Shown: piece by piece, positions 13,026-22,807 of the stretch
Numbering within the stretch: position 1 is the first letter of the stretch
Layout: the number at the start of each line of letters is the position of its first letter
IMG/VR virus record: IMGVR_UViG_3300045051_000978
Location: 1-64,000 of that record
Direction: 5' to 3' (one strand)
Origin: a virus
Length of the DNA stretch: 64,000 nt
The notes under the pieces: generated by a model
Seen by the model: only the letters and a program-made list of their open reading frames with translations
Told to the model about the DNA's origin: nothing
Database searches by the model: none
Made by a program: the position numbers and the translations under genes

Positions 13026-14135
13026 GGACTCTTCCGTCTGCTGATCAGCCTTGATGTCGGCGACGAGCTGCTTGATCTGTCGCACCACTGCTGGGTCGCC
13101 GTCCGCGATGCCCTGCATGATGCTCTGCACCTGGCTGGCCGGCATTCTGACGATCTGATCGTAGACGTAGGGCATCAGGTTCTGGTCGTCGCCAAGAAGC
13201 TGAAGGAAACGCCGGTACAGCGGGGCTCCGATGTTGATGTCCCAGGTTTCTCCACCCAGCGTATCCGCCTGACCCTGCGCGTACTTGCGCGTCTCCGGAT
13301 CGTCCTCGTCCGAATAGCTGAGGAACTCCATCAGGCCCTTGGTCAGCTCCTGAATCAGGACCGGGAACGCCACTGCCTCTGCGTGGATTTCGGTGACGCC
13401 GTCGTCGCCAGCACGCAGCTGAACACGCCCGCCAGCCCCGCCACCCATCTGCTGCATCTGTGCCTGCATCTCCTCGGGGACCGCCCAGTACATGAACTCC
13501 CCGAACGACATCATCATGCCGAACGACTGCAACAGACGCGGATCGATCTGGTTGATCCTGTCGGCCACCTGGTGGTAGGCGTAGTTCTTGTTGATCGCCG
13601 CACCCTGGATCATCGCGTTGATGAACCGGCGCTTCTGCTTCTCGGCGTCGAGTTCGGCCGCGATTTGAGGCACGTTCAGCTGCTGAGCTGCTGCGGGTGG
13701 CGGCGCGGCCGGCGCGTGGCGCATGCCGGCGGTGCGCACCTGCATCACCAGCTTGGCGATGATGCGCAGATCGCCTGCTTCCACCGCCTGACGAGCCGTG
13801 GAGAACTCCGGCAACGACAGCACGACCTCAACTGCGGCCTGCTCCAGCTCGTCCTTGTGCTGCGCCTGAACCTGCATCGAGTGCTGCATCGCCCGCATGA
13901 AGAGCTGCTGCACCGAACCAGGATTCTGCTGAATCTGCTGCGGCGTCAGACCAGAATAGCGCGCCAGCTTGGCGATGACGGCGCGGTACTGCTCAGCACC
14001 CAATCGCTCGACGCTCTGGTTCGAGAGTCGATACGGATGGCCACCCTGCTCGATTTTTCGGCGGCGTCCACGGTCGATGAAATCCGGGTCCCCACCCAGG
14101 TCCATCGCCATCTCGAACAGGGAGCGGGCGTTCAT
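12984..14135 (-). CDS. hypothetical helical protein, possibly internal virion protein
   Basis: Start MNARSLFE at 14135 overlaps the stop of the upstream ORF. Confidence 0.8.
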   Translation of the reverse strand: MNARSLFEMAMDLGGDPDFIDRGRRRKIEQGGHPYRLSNQSVERLGAEQYRAVIAKLARYSGLTPQQIQQNPGSVQQLFMRAMQHSMQVQAQHKDELEQAAVEVVLSLPEFSTARQAVEAGDLRIIAKLVMQVRTAGMRHAPAAPPPAAAQQLNVPQIAAELDAEKQKRRFINAMIQGAAINKNYAYHQVADRINQIDPRLLQSFGMMMSFGEFMYWAVPEEMQAQMQQMGGGAGGRVQLRAGDDGVTEIHAEAVAFPVLIQELTKGLMEFLSYSDEDDPETRKYAQGQADTLGGETWDINIGAPLYRRFLQLLGDDQNLMPYVYDQIVRMPASQVQSIMQGIADGDPAVVRQIKQLVADIKADQQTEESSRGALRVVANLLG

Positions 14136-14371
14136 GCGAAGAGATCGCGAGCGCGTGGCGAGCGACGTGCCGATTCGACGGCGCATGCCTTGGGAGCCGG
14201 CTCCTCGCCAGGCGTTACGCCGCGACGACGCCAGGGATTCTCGTACTTGCGCGGCTTCGGCTCGGCCGGAGCCTCCTTGGGCTTGGTGACGGGCTTCGTA
14301 GCGGGCTTGGTTGGGGCCGGAGCCGCCGGAGCAGCCTCAATCAAGGTTTCGATGATCTGACGCGCCTTCAT
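14132..14371 (-). CDS. Pro/Ala/Lys-rich protein with N-terminal LIE peptide
   Basis: MKARQIIETLIEA; TAGTTA 7 nt upstream. Confidence 0.7.
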   Translation of the reverse strand: MKARQIIETLIEAAPAAPAPTKPATKPVTKPKEAPAEPKPRKYENPWRRRGVTPGEEPAPKACAVESARRSPRARDLFA

Positions 14372-14381
14372 GCTGCGGTAA

Positions 14382-17300
14382 CTACGCCGCCAGGAGAGCG
14401 TCCCAATCGATCTTGTCGTGCGGTATCACGGGAATCTTGACCGAGTCGTAGTAGGTCAAACCGACTTCGCAGTCACCCACGATGGGCACCGTCAACCAGG
14501 ACAGATCGTACGCGTCGCCAAACAGGCCCTTCATGACCTCAGGGAAGTTGTTCAGCACGTCGTGAACGATGGCGTGCACCCTGGGCAGTTCCGAGCGCAC
14601 CGCGTCAATCAGCAGCGAGTCGTGCACCGTCGATACCAGCACGGACTCCAGCCCCTCAGCCCGCATCAACAGCTCGATGGCGCGCAGTGCCGTCAGCATC
14701 ATGTCCGAAGCCGTACTCTGGATGACGTGGTTGCAGCCAGCGCGCAGCGCTTTGGCCGCAGCTTCCCGGTCGTCGCCGAAAACTTCCTCAAGGATGCGCA
14801 CGCGGCCGAAGACCGAAACGGCCACACCCGTCTCCGTGATGAAGCGCTTGTAGTAGCTCAGGAATTTGCGCAGAGACGGGTAAGCATCGAAGAAGGCTTC
14901 GATGATTTTCTCGCACTCCTCCTGGCTCATGTACACTTCGTTGTTCGCCAGGATCGTTTGCAGACCGAGCGCTCCGCCGCCGTAGCCTGTCAAAAAGTTT
15001 ACAGTTTTGCCAATGCGCCGTTTCAGCTCCAGTTCCTTGCGCTCGGCCGTGCGCCCCTCCTTGTCCAGCTTCTCGAAGTATTCCTTGGAAAAGTTCTCGT
15101 ACGGCAGTTTGTAGATTCGACTGGTGGTGAGCGTGTGCAGGTCGGTTTTGTCGTAGTACGCCTTGATCATCGTCGGATCACCGCAGGCGCACGCCATCAG
15201 CCGAAGCTCGATCTGAGAAAGGTCGGCCTGGTACATGCACCCGCGTTCGCCAAACCGCGAGACGAACAGCTGCTTGACCAGGCCCTTGTTGGGCAGCTGC
15301 TGAAGATTCGGATCGCGTGAGCTGAGCCGACCCGTTCGCGTACCCGTCAACAAAAACTGCGCATGCACGCAGCTGTCCCAGCAAAGGTGCGCATCCTTTT
15401 CGCGCTCCTTTTTGTCGATGTCACCCTCGAAGATGTTCCGTAGAGGCCGAATGTAGGTCGAGTAGAGCTTGAAAACCTGACGGTACTTCTGAAGCGGCCG
15501 GACCTCCGGATGATCGACAGCCAGCTTGTTGAGCGTGAACTTGTCCAGCGCCGCGTACTTCAGCTTGTCCTCTTCCGTCATCTCGCCGGCAGCGATACGC
15601 TTTTCCCATTCCTCTGGCAGTTCACCGAACAGCTTACGTCCGGACTTGGTCAGGCGCTGCACTGGCAGGTTGAGCAAGCCGAACAGGATGTAGCGAAGAT
15701 GGGCTTTGTTTTCGAGGTCAAGATGCCAGTCTGGGTCTTGGGCAAGTTCAGCCTCGCACCAGTTCTTGATCGCCTCGTTGACCTCGCTGACTTTCTTGCG
15801 TGCGTCACGAACCTCACGTGGAAAGGTTTGCTCAAACTCAGTCAGCACGCCCCGGTCCACGTACATGCCGCGAGCCATGACGCACATCAGCGTCCGCGCT
15901 GCCGGCGACATGACGTTTTCGTAAACCCACTTGCGCGATGGCGTCTCAAACATCCTGAAGTGGCCGGGACGATCCGGGTCAGCCAGTGGAATTTTGTAAA
16001 CCTTGACGCTCCCCAGACGCTCATCCAAAACTTCACGTGCCTGGTAGCACGTCTCAACATCGCCCATGATGTACGGGACAACGTGCGTTGGATAAAACTC
16101 CTCCTCGATGTTCAGGTAATGCGGGTTCGGCTCTTCCGGATGCTCGACCTTGCTCGACTTCCGCGCCTTCTTCTTTTTCTTGCCGTCAGGCTCTTCTGTT
16201 TCCTCCGCGGCTGGCGGTGTTTCCTCCGCTTTTACCGGCGTCTCTTCCGATGGAGCACGTTCGACCAAGTCCTCGTCTAGTTTGACTGCCTTACGCGACC
16301 CTGGATGCAGCTGCCACTCGCGCCGGGCAATCAACATGGTCATGTCTTCCTCGTACCCAGCCATGTCCTTGGCGTACAGGTAAGCGAGCATCTCCAGTCC
16401 GAGCGTGCCTCTGGTCTGGCGCAGCGTGTAAGCCATGTGCCAGGTATCCCAGAGAAAAGCGTTCGCCAGGGCAACCAGGTGTGCATCCCAAGCCCTATTG
16501 AATTCTGTAGACGTTTTGCGAAGCGTGTCCAGGTCAGCGTTAGTCTTGTAGCCGTAGACCGCGAACTCGGGACGCTTGACGTTGAAAAGCGTATACAAAA
16601 AGTCAAACGTCGCATTATGCGCAACCAGCTTCGAGCACGACAGCGCATCCAGCACCAAGGGCGAAAGCCAGTCGATGTGATCGACGATCTTGTTGTCGTA
16701 GTGGCTTGACCTGAAGTTCCATGGAAATCCAAGCGACCTGGGCTCGCCTGACGATGGATTGGTCCAGCGAAACATCATCGCCACGATGGCCGCATCGACA
16801 GCCAGAGGCTTCAGGCCGGTCGTTTCCGTGTCGAAGCAGACCACCATGCCGGGGTTGTTGATGATCTCACGCAAGCCGGCAGCAACCTCGTCCGGATTGT
16901 TCGTGTACCGATACCACGGGCGCAGGTACGTGTTGGGCTCAATACCTTCCCGTGCCGCAATCAGTGCCTCCTTGATGGCCTTGCGCCAGCGCGTCGTGAC
17001 GTTCGGATTCTGCTTCTGGCGGATGAGCCGGGGCGTCTGAATCGGAATGATCGGTATGCGAAACTGCGTCGGCGCTGGCCCAAACAACGGGTGCCCGACG
17101 ATCATCTCTTGATCGTCGGCCGGATTCGGCCGCGGCGACATGAACTGCTCGTCCATCAGCCAGTCGTCAGGCCACCCGCGGTACGTCAGTACCTTACCCT
17201 GCCAATCTTCGGCGTTGCTTTTGTGGCAGAGGGCTCCGAGCGCCACGGTGCCCACCGCCAGGATCAGCTGAGGCGGGTTGAACATCAGCTCCTCGACAAT

Positions 17301-17828
17301 GTGAAATCGGCACCAGTTCGCTTTGACCTTGAGGTTGGCCTTGCGCGTGCGATCAGCGCACCGAACAACAGGAACCCACCTGATCTGGTCCATGGAGACG
17401 CCCGTTTCGCTCTCCAGGTCCTCGATCATCCTGCGCATGTAGCCGTTGTTGCCGGCGCTGGCCAGAGTCGGCTGGTCGTCTTCGATGCTCGTGACGCCTT
17501 CGTAAACAATTGTGACGAGCGGATTTTTCGGACCTTCGTACGGTCGGAACGCGGCTTTGCACCCGTTGAGGTACATCGCGCATTGTTTACAAATCGGCGA
17601 ATCCGGCCCAGGCTTCAGCTCGTTGGGCGGAATCGGAGAATGCGGGTCGAAAACCAGCTCGCGCCGATCACCGTTCTGAGTAATACCGTGCCAGTATTCG
17701 AGGACATCCCGGTAGCGCTTGGAGATCAGCGTCTTCGTCATTTCACGCCCGGCCGGATCGAGGTAGACGACCTGGTCTTTCTTCGCCGTTCTCAGACGAC
17801 GCACGGGCTTGTCGGTTATGTCTCCCAC
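14382..17828 (-). CDS. polA: family A DNA polymerase with N-terminal UDG-like domain and 3'-5' exonuclease
   Basis: FDTETTG and HNATFD exonuclease motifs; TGRLSSRDPNLQQ, ADLSQIELR, KTVNFLTGYG, TVHDS polymerase motifs; N-terminal CxxC...C and LILAVGTVAL resemble the family-4 UDG fold. GTG 17828 follows GTTCT. Confidence 0.95.
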   Translation of the reverse strand: MGDITDKPVRRLRTAKKDQVVYLDPAGREMTKTLISKRYRDVLEYWHGITQNGDRRELVFDPHSPIPPNELKPGPDSPICKQCAMYLNGCKAAFRPYEGPKNPLVTIVYEGVTSIEDDQPTLASAGNNGYMRRMIEDLESETGVSMDQIRWVPVVRCADRTRKANLKVKANWCRFHIVEELMFNPPQLILAVGTVALGALCHKSNAEDWQGKVLTYRGWPDDWLMDEQFMSPRPNPADDQEMIVGHPLFGPAPTQFRIPIIPIQTPRLIRQKQNPNVTTRWRKAIKEALIAAREGIEPNTYLRPWYRYTNNPDEVAAGLREIINNPGMVVCFDTETTGLKPLAVDAAIVAMMFRWTNPSSGEPRSLGFPWNFRSSHYDNKIVDHIDWLSPLVLDALSCSKLVAHNATFDFLYTLFNVKRPEFAVYGYKTNADLDTLRKTSTEFNRAWDAHLVALANAFLWDTWHMAYTLRQTRGTLGLEMLAYLYAKDMAGYEEDMTMLIARREWQLHPGSRKAVKLDEDLVERAPSEETPVKAEETPPAAEETEEPDGKKKKKARKSSKVEHPEEPNPHYLNIEEEFYPTHVVPYIMGDVETCYQAREVLDERLGSVKVYKIPLADPDRPGHFRMFETPSRKWVYENVMSPAARTLMCVMARGMYVDRGVLTEFEQTFPREVRDARKKVSEVNEAIKNWCEAELAQDPDWHLDLENKAHLRYILFGLLNLPVQRLTKSGRKLFGELPEEWEKRIAAGEMTEEDKLKYAALDKFTLNKLAVDHPEVRPLQKYRQVFKLYSTYIRPLRNIFEGDIDKKEREKDAHLCWDSCVHAQFLLTGTRTGRLSSRDPNLQQLPNKGLVKQLFVSRFGERGCMYQADLSQIELRLMACACGDPTMIKAYYDKTDLHTLTTSRIYKLPYENFSKEYFEKLDKEGRTAERKELELKRRIGKTVNFLTGYGGGALGLQTILANNEVYMSQEECEKIIEAFFDAYPSLRKFLSYYKRFITETGVAVSVFGRVRILEEVFGDDREAAAKALRAGCNHVIQSTASDMMLTALRAIELLMRAEGLESVLVSTVHDSLLIDAVRSELPRVHAIVHDVLNNFPEVMKGLFGDAYDLSWLTVPIVGDCEVGLTYYDSVKIPVIPHDKIDWDALLAA

Positions 17829-17844
17829 GCCCTGTAGAACAGCA

Positions 17845-18924
17845 ATGGAACGCACACCTTTCAAAGCACCCCTGCCGTGCTACGGATTCGAGCTGAACCT
17901 GAGTGACCCGCGCTGTCGTGCATGCGAGCACCAGACTGGGTGCTCAAAGAGCATGGGTCGCCGTAGCCGTCAAATTCCACTGCGCAAGGCCGTCTTCAAC
18001 TTGATGCCTGAAAAGCTCGACGACACGAGCGCTGTATACGAAACGGAAGACCCTGAATACTCGTCCATGCACCGCGTTTACACGTTGTGCTACATGACGA
18101 TCTTCAACAAGTCGCCGAAAAACGCGCATCGCGTCCTGGAGTATCGGGACGAGATCGCCAGCGAAGCGCGCCAGGCCAAATGCTCGATCCGAATGTACAT
18201 GCTGGCAGCGATGCTTGGCTACGAGCGTGAAAGGGAACGAGCAGCGGAAGGTGCAGCCGCGACGGGTCACGTGGACCGCGAGTACAGCGTTGAAATGCAC
18301 CCTAAATTTCTTGTAAACAAAAGAGCAGCGCAGTACGTCGAAATCTACGGCGATCTTTGTCGGCAGCAGTTTGGCACCTTCAACGCCTCAGAGCTGAACA
18401 TGCTGATGCGTGGTCAGCGTGGCGTTATTACCGAACTGCACACCAAGATTCTGTACAGTGAGGTCATCGCCGGCAAATTCATCGTGGCAATGAAAGCCAA
18501 TCGAGCCGGTCAAGTAGAGGAGGAACTCTACCGACGGTTTGAGACCGCACTCGACCCGCACTGGCTCGCCGTTGAACCGTCGTACGTGGAGCAGATCATA
18601 AGTCCGTTCATCCGCGAGCGCTTTGGAACGAAGACTGAGCAGAACCACAGACACAACGTCATCTCCGTGCTGAAGCTGCTGAAGGAAAAACCGACTGCGG
18701 GTAGCGCCGTCCATTTCGCACGCAGCGCCGTCATGCCGCAGGCCGTGGAACGCGTTCTAGCTACCCACAGGTACAACCCGGACGATTTCGAGATCGAGGC
18801 ATCAACCGTCACAAACGCCTTTGCGTTCTGGAAAGACCTTGGGCGCGCCATACAGCAGATGTACTGCTTGTCCGTATACAGATCGCAAATCGAAGAAAAT
18901 CCTGAGGAACCGTATTTCGCGTAG
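17845..18924 (+). CDS. hypothetical protein with Cys-rich N-terminus
   Basis: 359 aa ORF directly upstream of the helicase. Confidence 0.8.
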   Translation: MERTPFKAPLPCYGFELNLSDPRCRACEHQTGCSKSMGRRSRQIPLRKAVFNLMPEKLDDTSAVYETEDPEYSSMHRVYTLCYMTIFNKSPKNAHRVLEYRDEIASEARQAKCSIRMYMLAAMLGYERERERAAEGAAATGHVDREYSVEMHPKFLVNKRAAQYVEIYGDLCRQQFGTFNASELNMLMRGQRGVITELHTKILYSEVIAGKFIVAMKANRAGQVEEELYRRFETALDPHWLAVEPSYVEQIISPFIRERFGTKTEQNHRHNVISVLKLLKEKPTAGSAVHFARSAVMPQAVERVLATHRYNPDDFEIEASTVTNAFAFWKDLGRAIQQMYCLSVYRSQIEENPEEPYFA

Positions 18925-18932
18925 GGACCTGC

Positions 18933-20324
18933 ATGCCAACCACGACGTACAACTTCTCGGATGACTTCCAGGATCAGATCATCGCGTGCATCATTCGGCA
19001 CCCCGACCAGTTCGACATCTTCAGTGATCTCATCAAGCCGGAGTATTTCAACGGCACGCTTGCCTATGAAACAGTCGCTCGCATCCGCGAGTTTTTCCTG
19101 AAGTACAACAAGTTTCCCGGATTTTCGACGCTCGCCAACTACGCCCACCAGAAGCTCGAAAAAGCTGACCCCGACAAAGCGACCCAGATTTTTGAATACA
19201 TCGACGGACTGACTGCCCTAGACGTTTCCGAGAAGGAAGCGATCTACGACATGGTCGTTCCTTTCGCTCGGGAACGCGCTCTGCTTCACCTCGCGCTGAA
19301 CATCCAGAAGGCGCAGCGCGAAGGCAAGGACGTGAAGGGTGGCCTGATGGCGATGTTCGAGCAGGCGATGAGCGTCGGTGTAAACATCAGAGACACTGGC
19401 GTCATATTGCAGCGCGACTACGCCGAGATCATCGACAGGCACAATTCAGAAAGTCGTGGCATCGAAACAGGCTTCCAGCCTCTCAATGATCTCTGGAGAA
19501 CAGGTTGGGCACCTGGATGGCTGATCGTACCGCTCGCGCCGCCGAAGCGGTACAAGACCACGTTCGCCATCAACCTGGCGATGAACATGGTCCACGACAA
19601 CATCGGCGCGGACGTGATCTACTACGCCTGCGAAATCGATCAGGACCTCGCTGCGCTGCGCGCTATGTGCTGCATCACAGGGCACACGTTCAACGACCTG
19701 ATTGAAGCCAAGGCGCATTTCAAGCAGACGACCGGCGAAGTGATCCAGGGGTATGGCGGGCGTCTGCTGATCAAAAGCTATCCCTCGCGAGCAGTCACGA
19801 TAACTGACCTGCGCATGCACGCACGCAATGCGTCGCGTCAACTGGGGCTAAAGCCCAAGGCCATTTTCATCGACTACGCAGACACTGTCAGGTCCGACCT
19901 AAATCCGAGAGACCATGCCGAATACAAGCTACAGGCTGACGTTTACACGCAGGCGCGCAAGCTCGGACACGACCTGAACTGCGCGGTGATCATGCCCGAC
20001 CGGTGCAAGGTTGAATTCGTAGACAAGCCGGTTCCGAGCATGAAGGCGTTTCAGGGGTCATTTGAAAAGGCGGGCATCGTCGATATTGGGATAGGCATCT
20101 GCCAGACGGACAAGGAACGACAGGATGGCACGGTGCGCTACTTCGTGTTTCTCAACCGGCACGGACCCGAAGGCATGCTGTACAGAGGCAAAGTTGACGC
20201 CGAAAAGTACCGCATGACCATCGACGAAAATATCCCGTACGATCCCGAGGAAGCAGACCGCCTGGAGGCGGAGCGTTTGGCTGCGCGTAGGCCAAGACGG
20301 CGTGGAGACAATTTCAACGAGTGA
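18933..20324 (+). CDS. DnaB-like replicative helicase
   Basis: GIETGF, variant Walker A APPKRYKT, YYACE, IFIDYAD, RHGPEG. Confidence 0.88.
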   Translation: MPTTTYNFSDDFQDQIIACIIRHPDQFDIFSDLIKPEYFNGTLAYETVARIREFFLKYNKFPGFSTLANYAHQKLEKADPDKATQIFEYIDGLTALDVSEKEAIYDMVVPFARERALLHLALNIQKAQREGKDVKGGLMAMFEQAMSVGVNIRDTGVILQRDYAEIIDRHNSESRGIETGFQPLNDLWRTGWAPGWLIVPLAPPKRYKTTFAINLAMNMVHDNIGADVIYYACEIDQDLAALRAMCCITGHTFNDLIEAKAHFKQTTGEVIQGYGGRLLIKSYPSRAVTITDLRMHARNASRQLGLKPKAIFIDYADTVRSDLNPRDHAEYKLQADVYTQARKLGHDLNCAVIMPDRCKVEFVDKPVPSMKAFQGSFEKAGIVDIGIGICQTDKERQDGTVRYFVFLNRHGPEGMLYRGKVDAEKYRMTIDENIPYDPEEADRLEAERLAARRPRRRGDNFNE

Positions 20325-20338
20325 CGGTTCTTACGGGT

Positions 20339-20983
20339 ATGAACGAAGTCAGAATGCTTCGCCTGCTGCCGGAATTGCTGCACACCTTCGGAAACCCAAT
20401 CCGAGTCGTCGAACTTGGCGCGAACGACGGAGCGCACACGGTTCAGATCATCAACTTGCTCAACGCCTCAGGTCGGCCGTGGGAGTACCTGGCGGTGGAG
20501 CCGGACCCGCGGCTACCCATCCCGCAACTGCCGGCTCAAGCGAAGTTCTTGACGTGTGCCGTTGGCGCAACGAACGGCAAAGCGCAGCTGTACCTGTCGG
20601 CCGGAAAAGACGACCACGGCATGGCGTACAGCGGTTCGTCGTCACTTCGACCTCCAACAGACCTTCTTCGCAAGTCGTGGCCGAAGATGCGTTTTGATGA
20701 CTTCATCGAGGTCAACGTATACACGCTCGACACACTCTGCCACACGATGGGTTTTCCCTACATCGACTTCATCTGGTGCGACATCCAGGGCTGCGAAGGA
20801 GACCTCGTGGCGGGTGGACGAAACATGCTGCCGTATACAAAATGGTTTTTCACGGAGTACAGCGCAGGCGAGCTGTACGCCGGACAGGCCCTCCTTGGTG
20901 ACCTGGTACAGGCCATGCCCTACATGACAATCCACACTGATTTTGGCGGTGACGTGCTGTTCAAAAACAGGGCTGTAGCATGA
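20339..20983 (+). CDS. FkbM family methyltransferase
   Basis: VELGANDG, AVEPDP, TLD, IWCDIQGCE, LYAGQ motifs. Confidence 0.88.
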   Translation: MNEVRMLRLLPELLHTFGNPIRVVELGANDGAHTVQIINLLNASGRPWEYLAVEPDPRLPIPQLPAQAKFLTCAVGATNGKAQLYLSAGKDDHGMAYSGSSSLRPPTDLLRKSWPKMRFDDFIEVNVYTLDTLCHTMGFPYIDFIWCDIQGCEGDLVAGGRNMLPYTKWFFTEYSAGELYAGQALLGDLVQAMPYMTIHTDFGGDVLFKNRAVA

Positions 20984-21654
20984 AGCGCTGCGTTCTCAAC
21001 GTCGCGGTTGGAGGCTGGTACCCAAAAGGCCAGGAGCGCCTGGTCAGCAGTCTGAAGCAGCACGGTTTCAACGGGGAGATTCTCATCTGGCCGCACTGCT
21101 ACCCGCCTGGGTCGCCGGATCATAACACCCTGCCGTACGGGTTCAAATCGTACGCCATGCAGTACGCCATTGAGCAAGGCTACGAGACGCTCCTGTGGCT
21201 CGACGCCTCGTGCTGGGCAGTCAAATCACTCGAACCGTTGTTCCAGCACATCGAAGAAGTGGGGCACGTGTTTTCGTACGAGGGTTGGATGGCTGGGCAG
21301 TGGCTGAAAGACGAAGCCCTGGCAACGCTAGGCGTCACTCGCGACGAAGCCATGCAGATCGAACTGCTTGGTGGCATGTTCATGGGCGTCTGCCTGAAGC
21401 ACGAACGCTCTCGCAAATGGCTGGAGTCCTTCATCCGCATCTGCCAGGACGGGCACACCCTCAAGGGCGAACTCCGCAACGTCGGAGGGTGCGTCTCAAG
21501 CGATCCGCGGTGCCTTGGCCACGTCGCTGACCAAGCCGTCGCTGCGGTCCTGGCACACCAGCTCGGCATGCCTCTGACCTACCCTCCAGTTTGGCGCGAC
21601 TGGTACAAATCAAACCCCGACGAGCGCACCGTCATTGTGGCACAAGGAATGTAA
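20980..21654 (+). CDS. putative GT-A glycosyltransferase
   Basis: PYGFK, LLWLDAS (DxD-like) and HVADQ; coupled to methyltransferase genes. Confidence 0.65.
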   Translation: MKRCVLNVAVGGWYPKGQERLVSSLKQHGFNGEILIWPHCYPPGSPDHNTLPYGFKSYAMQYAIEQGYETLLWLDASCWAVKSLEPLFQHIEEVGHVFSYEGWMAGQWLKDEALATLGVTRDEAMQIELLGGMFMGVCLKHERSRKWLESFIRICQDGHTLKGELRNVGGCVSSDPRCLGHVADQAVAAVLAHQLGMPLTYPPVWRDWYKSNPDERTVIVAQGM

Positions 21655-21656
21655 AC

Positions 21657-22259
21657 ATGGGAATCCTGAACGAAAACCTGATAGCTCTGCGCCGGCACGC
21701 TCCTCCGCCGCGCAGCATGCTCGAACTTGGCAACCAGTACCTGTGCGCGGGCTCCAAGCCCTACCCGGACTTTCCTGACCACCTCATTGGGATGGACCCA
21801 AGCCGGCCGATTGTCGCCAAGCCCTACTTCGAGAGCCTTGGCTACGAGCACGTGTCCGTCGATCTCAACGGCAAGGACGGAGCCCTGGTGCGCGATTTGT
21901 CGAAGCCGTTCAGCCTGGACCGCGAATTTGACGTGGTGACGGACTTTGGCACTTCTGAACACGTTGAGTGCCTCTGGGCCTGCCTGGAAAACGTGCACCG
22001 GCACACCAGGGTCGGCGGACTGATCTTCTGTGCCAACCCTGCGCCGGGCAATTGGCCTGGGCATGGGCATTGGTATCGCAGCGCTGATTTCTGTCGTGCT
22101 TTTGCCTCGGCGGTCGGTTACGAAATTCTCGAACTAGCTCCCGTCGCCTGTGCCGGTAACACGCACGACGGGTGGCTCACGTCGGTCGTCTTCCGAAAGA
22201 CCCGGCCGGAGTTCATGGACACATTCGCCTTTTACCGCCTACCCCTGGACAAGCAATGA
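21657..22259 (+). CDS. class I SAM-dependent methyltransferase
   Basis: MLELGNQ, SVDLNG, FDVVTDFGTSEHV, VGGLI. Confidence 0.8.
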   Translation: MGILNENLIALRRHAPPPRSMLELGNQYLCAGSKPYPDFPDHLIGMDPSRPIVAKPYFESLGYEHVSVDLNGKDGALVRDLSKPFSLDREFDVVTDFGTSEHVECLWACLENVHRHTRVGGLIFCANPAPGNWPGHGHWYRSADFCRAFASAVGYEILELAPVACAGNTHDGWLTSVVFRKTRPEFMDTFAFYRLPLDKQ

Positions 22260-22807
22260 ACTTCGTTGACGGAACATTCACCGGGCTCCACTGGGACGAA
22301 ATTCAACTTCTCCAGGCTCACCTGACCGGGCTCACGGGCCAAGCCGTCGAGATCGGCTGCTGCGATGGTTGCAGCACCGCGCACATCCTGGAGATGTCCA
22401 ACCTGGTGCTCACGTCCGTTGACCCGTTCGTTCCCGATTCCATGGTGCCGACGCTGATCGGAAGCCCGGAACGTTTCGCGGCCAACACCGCGCAGTTTGG
22501 TCCGCGCTCTGTGCTGCTCAGGACCACGTCGGCCGAAGCGTTGAAGACCTGGTCAACACCGCTCGACTTCCTGTTCATCGACGGCGACCACAACTACGAC
22601 GCCGTTCTGTTCGATCTCCAATCCTGGAAGCGGTGGCTGAAACCTGGAGCGCTGATGGCGATGCACGACTCGCGCATGTCGCGTCCTGGAGGTGCCACGT
22701 TCCACCCAGGACCGAGTGCGGTCGCCGACGCTTTTGTTTACGCAAACACCACCGAATGGGAAATCGTCGGTGAAGCGTTTTCGATGACCCTGGCGCGGAA
22801 GCGCTAG
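22256..22807 (+). CDS. Methyltransf_24-like methyltransferase
   Basis: VEIGCCDGCST, LFIDGDHNY, LKPGALMAMHD. Confidence 0.85.
   Translation: MNFVDGTFTGLHWDEIQLLQAHLTGLTGQAVEIGCCDGCSTAHILEMSNLVLTSVDPFVPDSMVPTLIGSPERFAANTAQFGPRSVLLRTTSAEALKTWSTPLDFLFIDGDHNYDAVLFDLQSWKRWLKPGALMAMHDSRMSRPGGATFHPGPSAVADAFVYANTTEWEIVGEAFSMTLARKR

Noticed and set aside
16130-16290. Intein in the DNA polymerase
   Set aside because: The insertion is short and low-complexity, without intein terminal motifs or a homing endonuclease.
11874-17837. Long plus-strand ORFs (5' part of 11874-13025, 13383-14360, 14418-15320, 15510-16280, 17091-17837)
   Set aside because: Antisense shadows of ligA, polA and neighbours caused by GC-rich codon bias.
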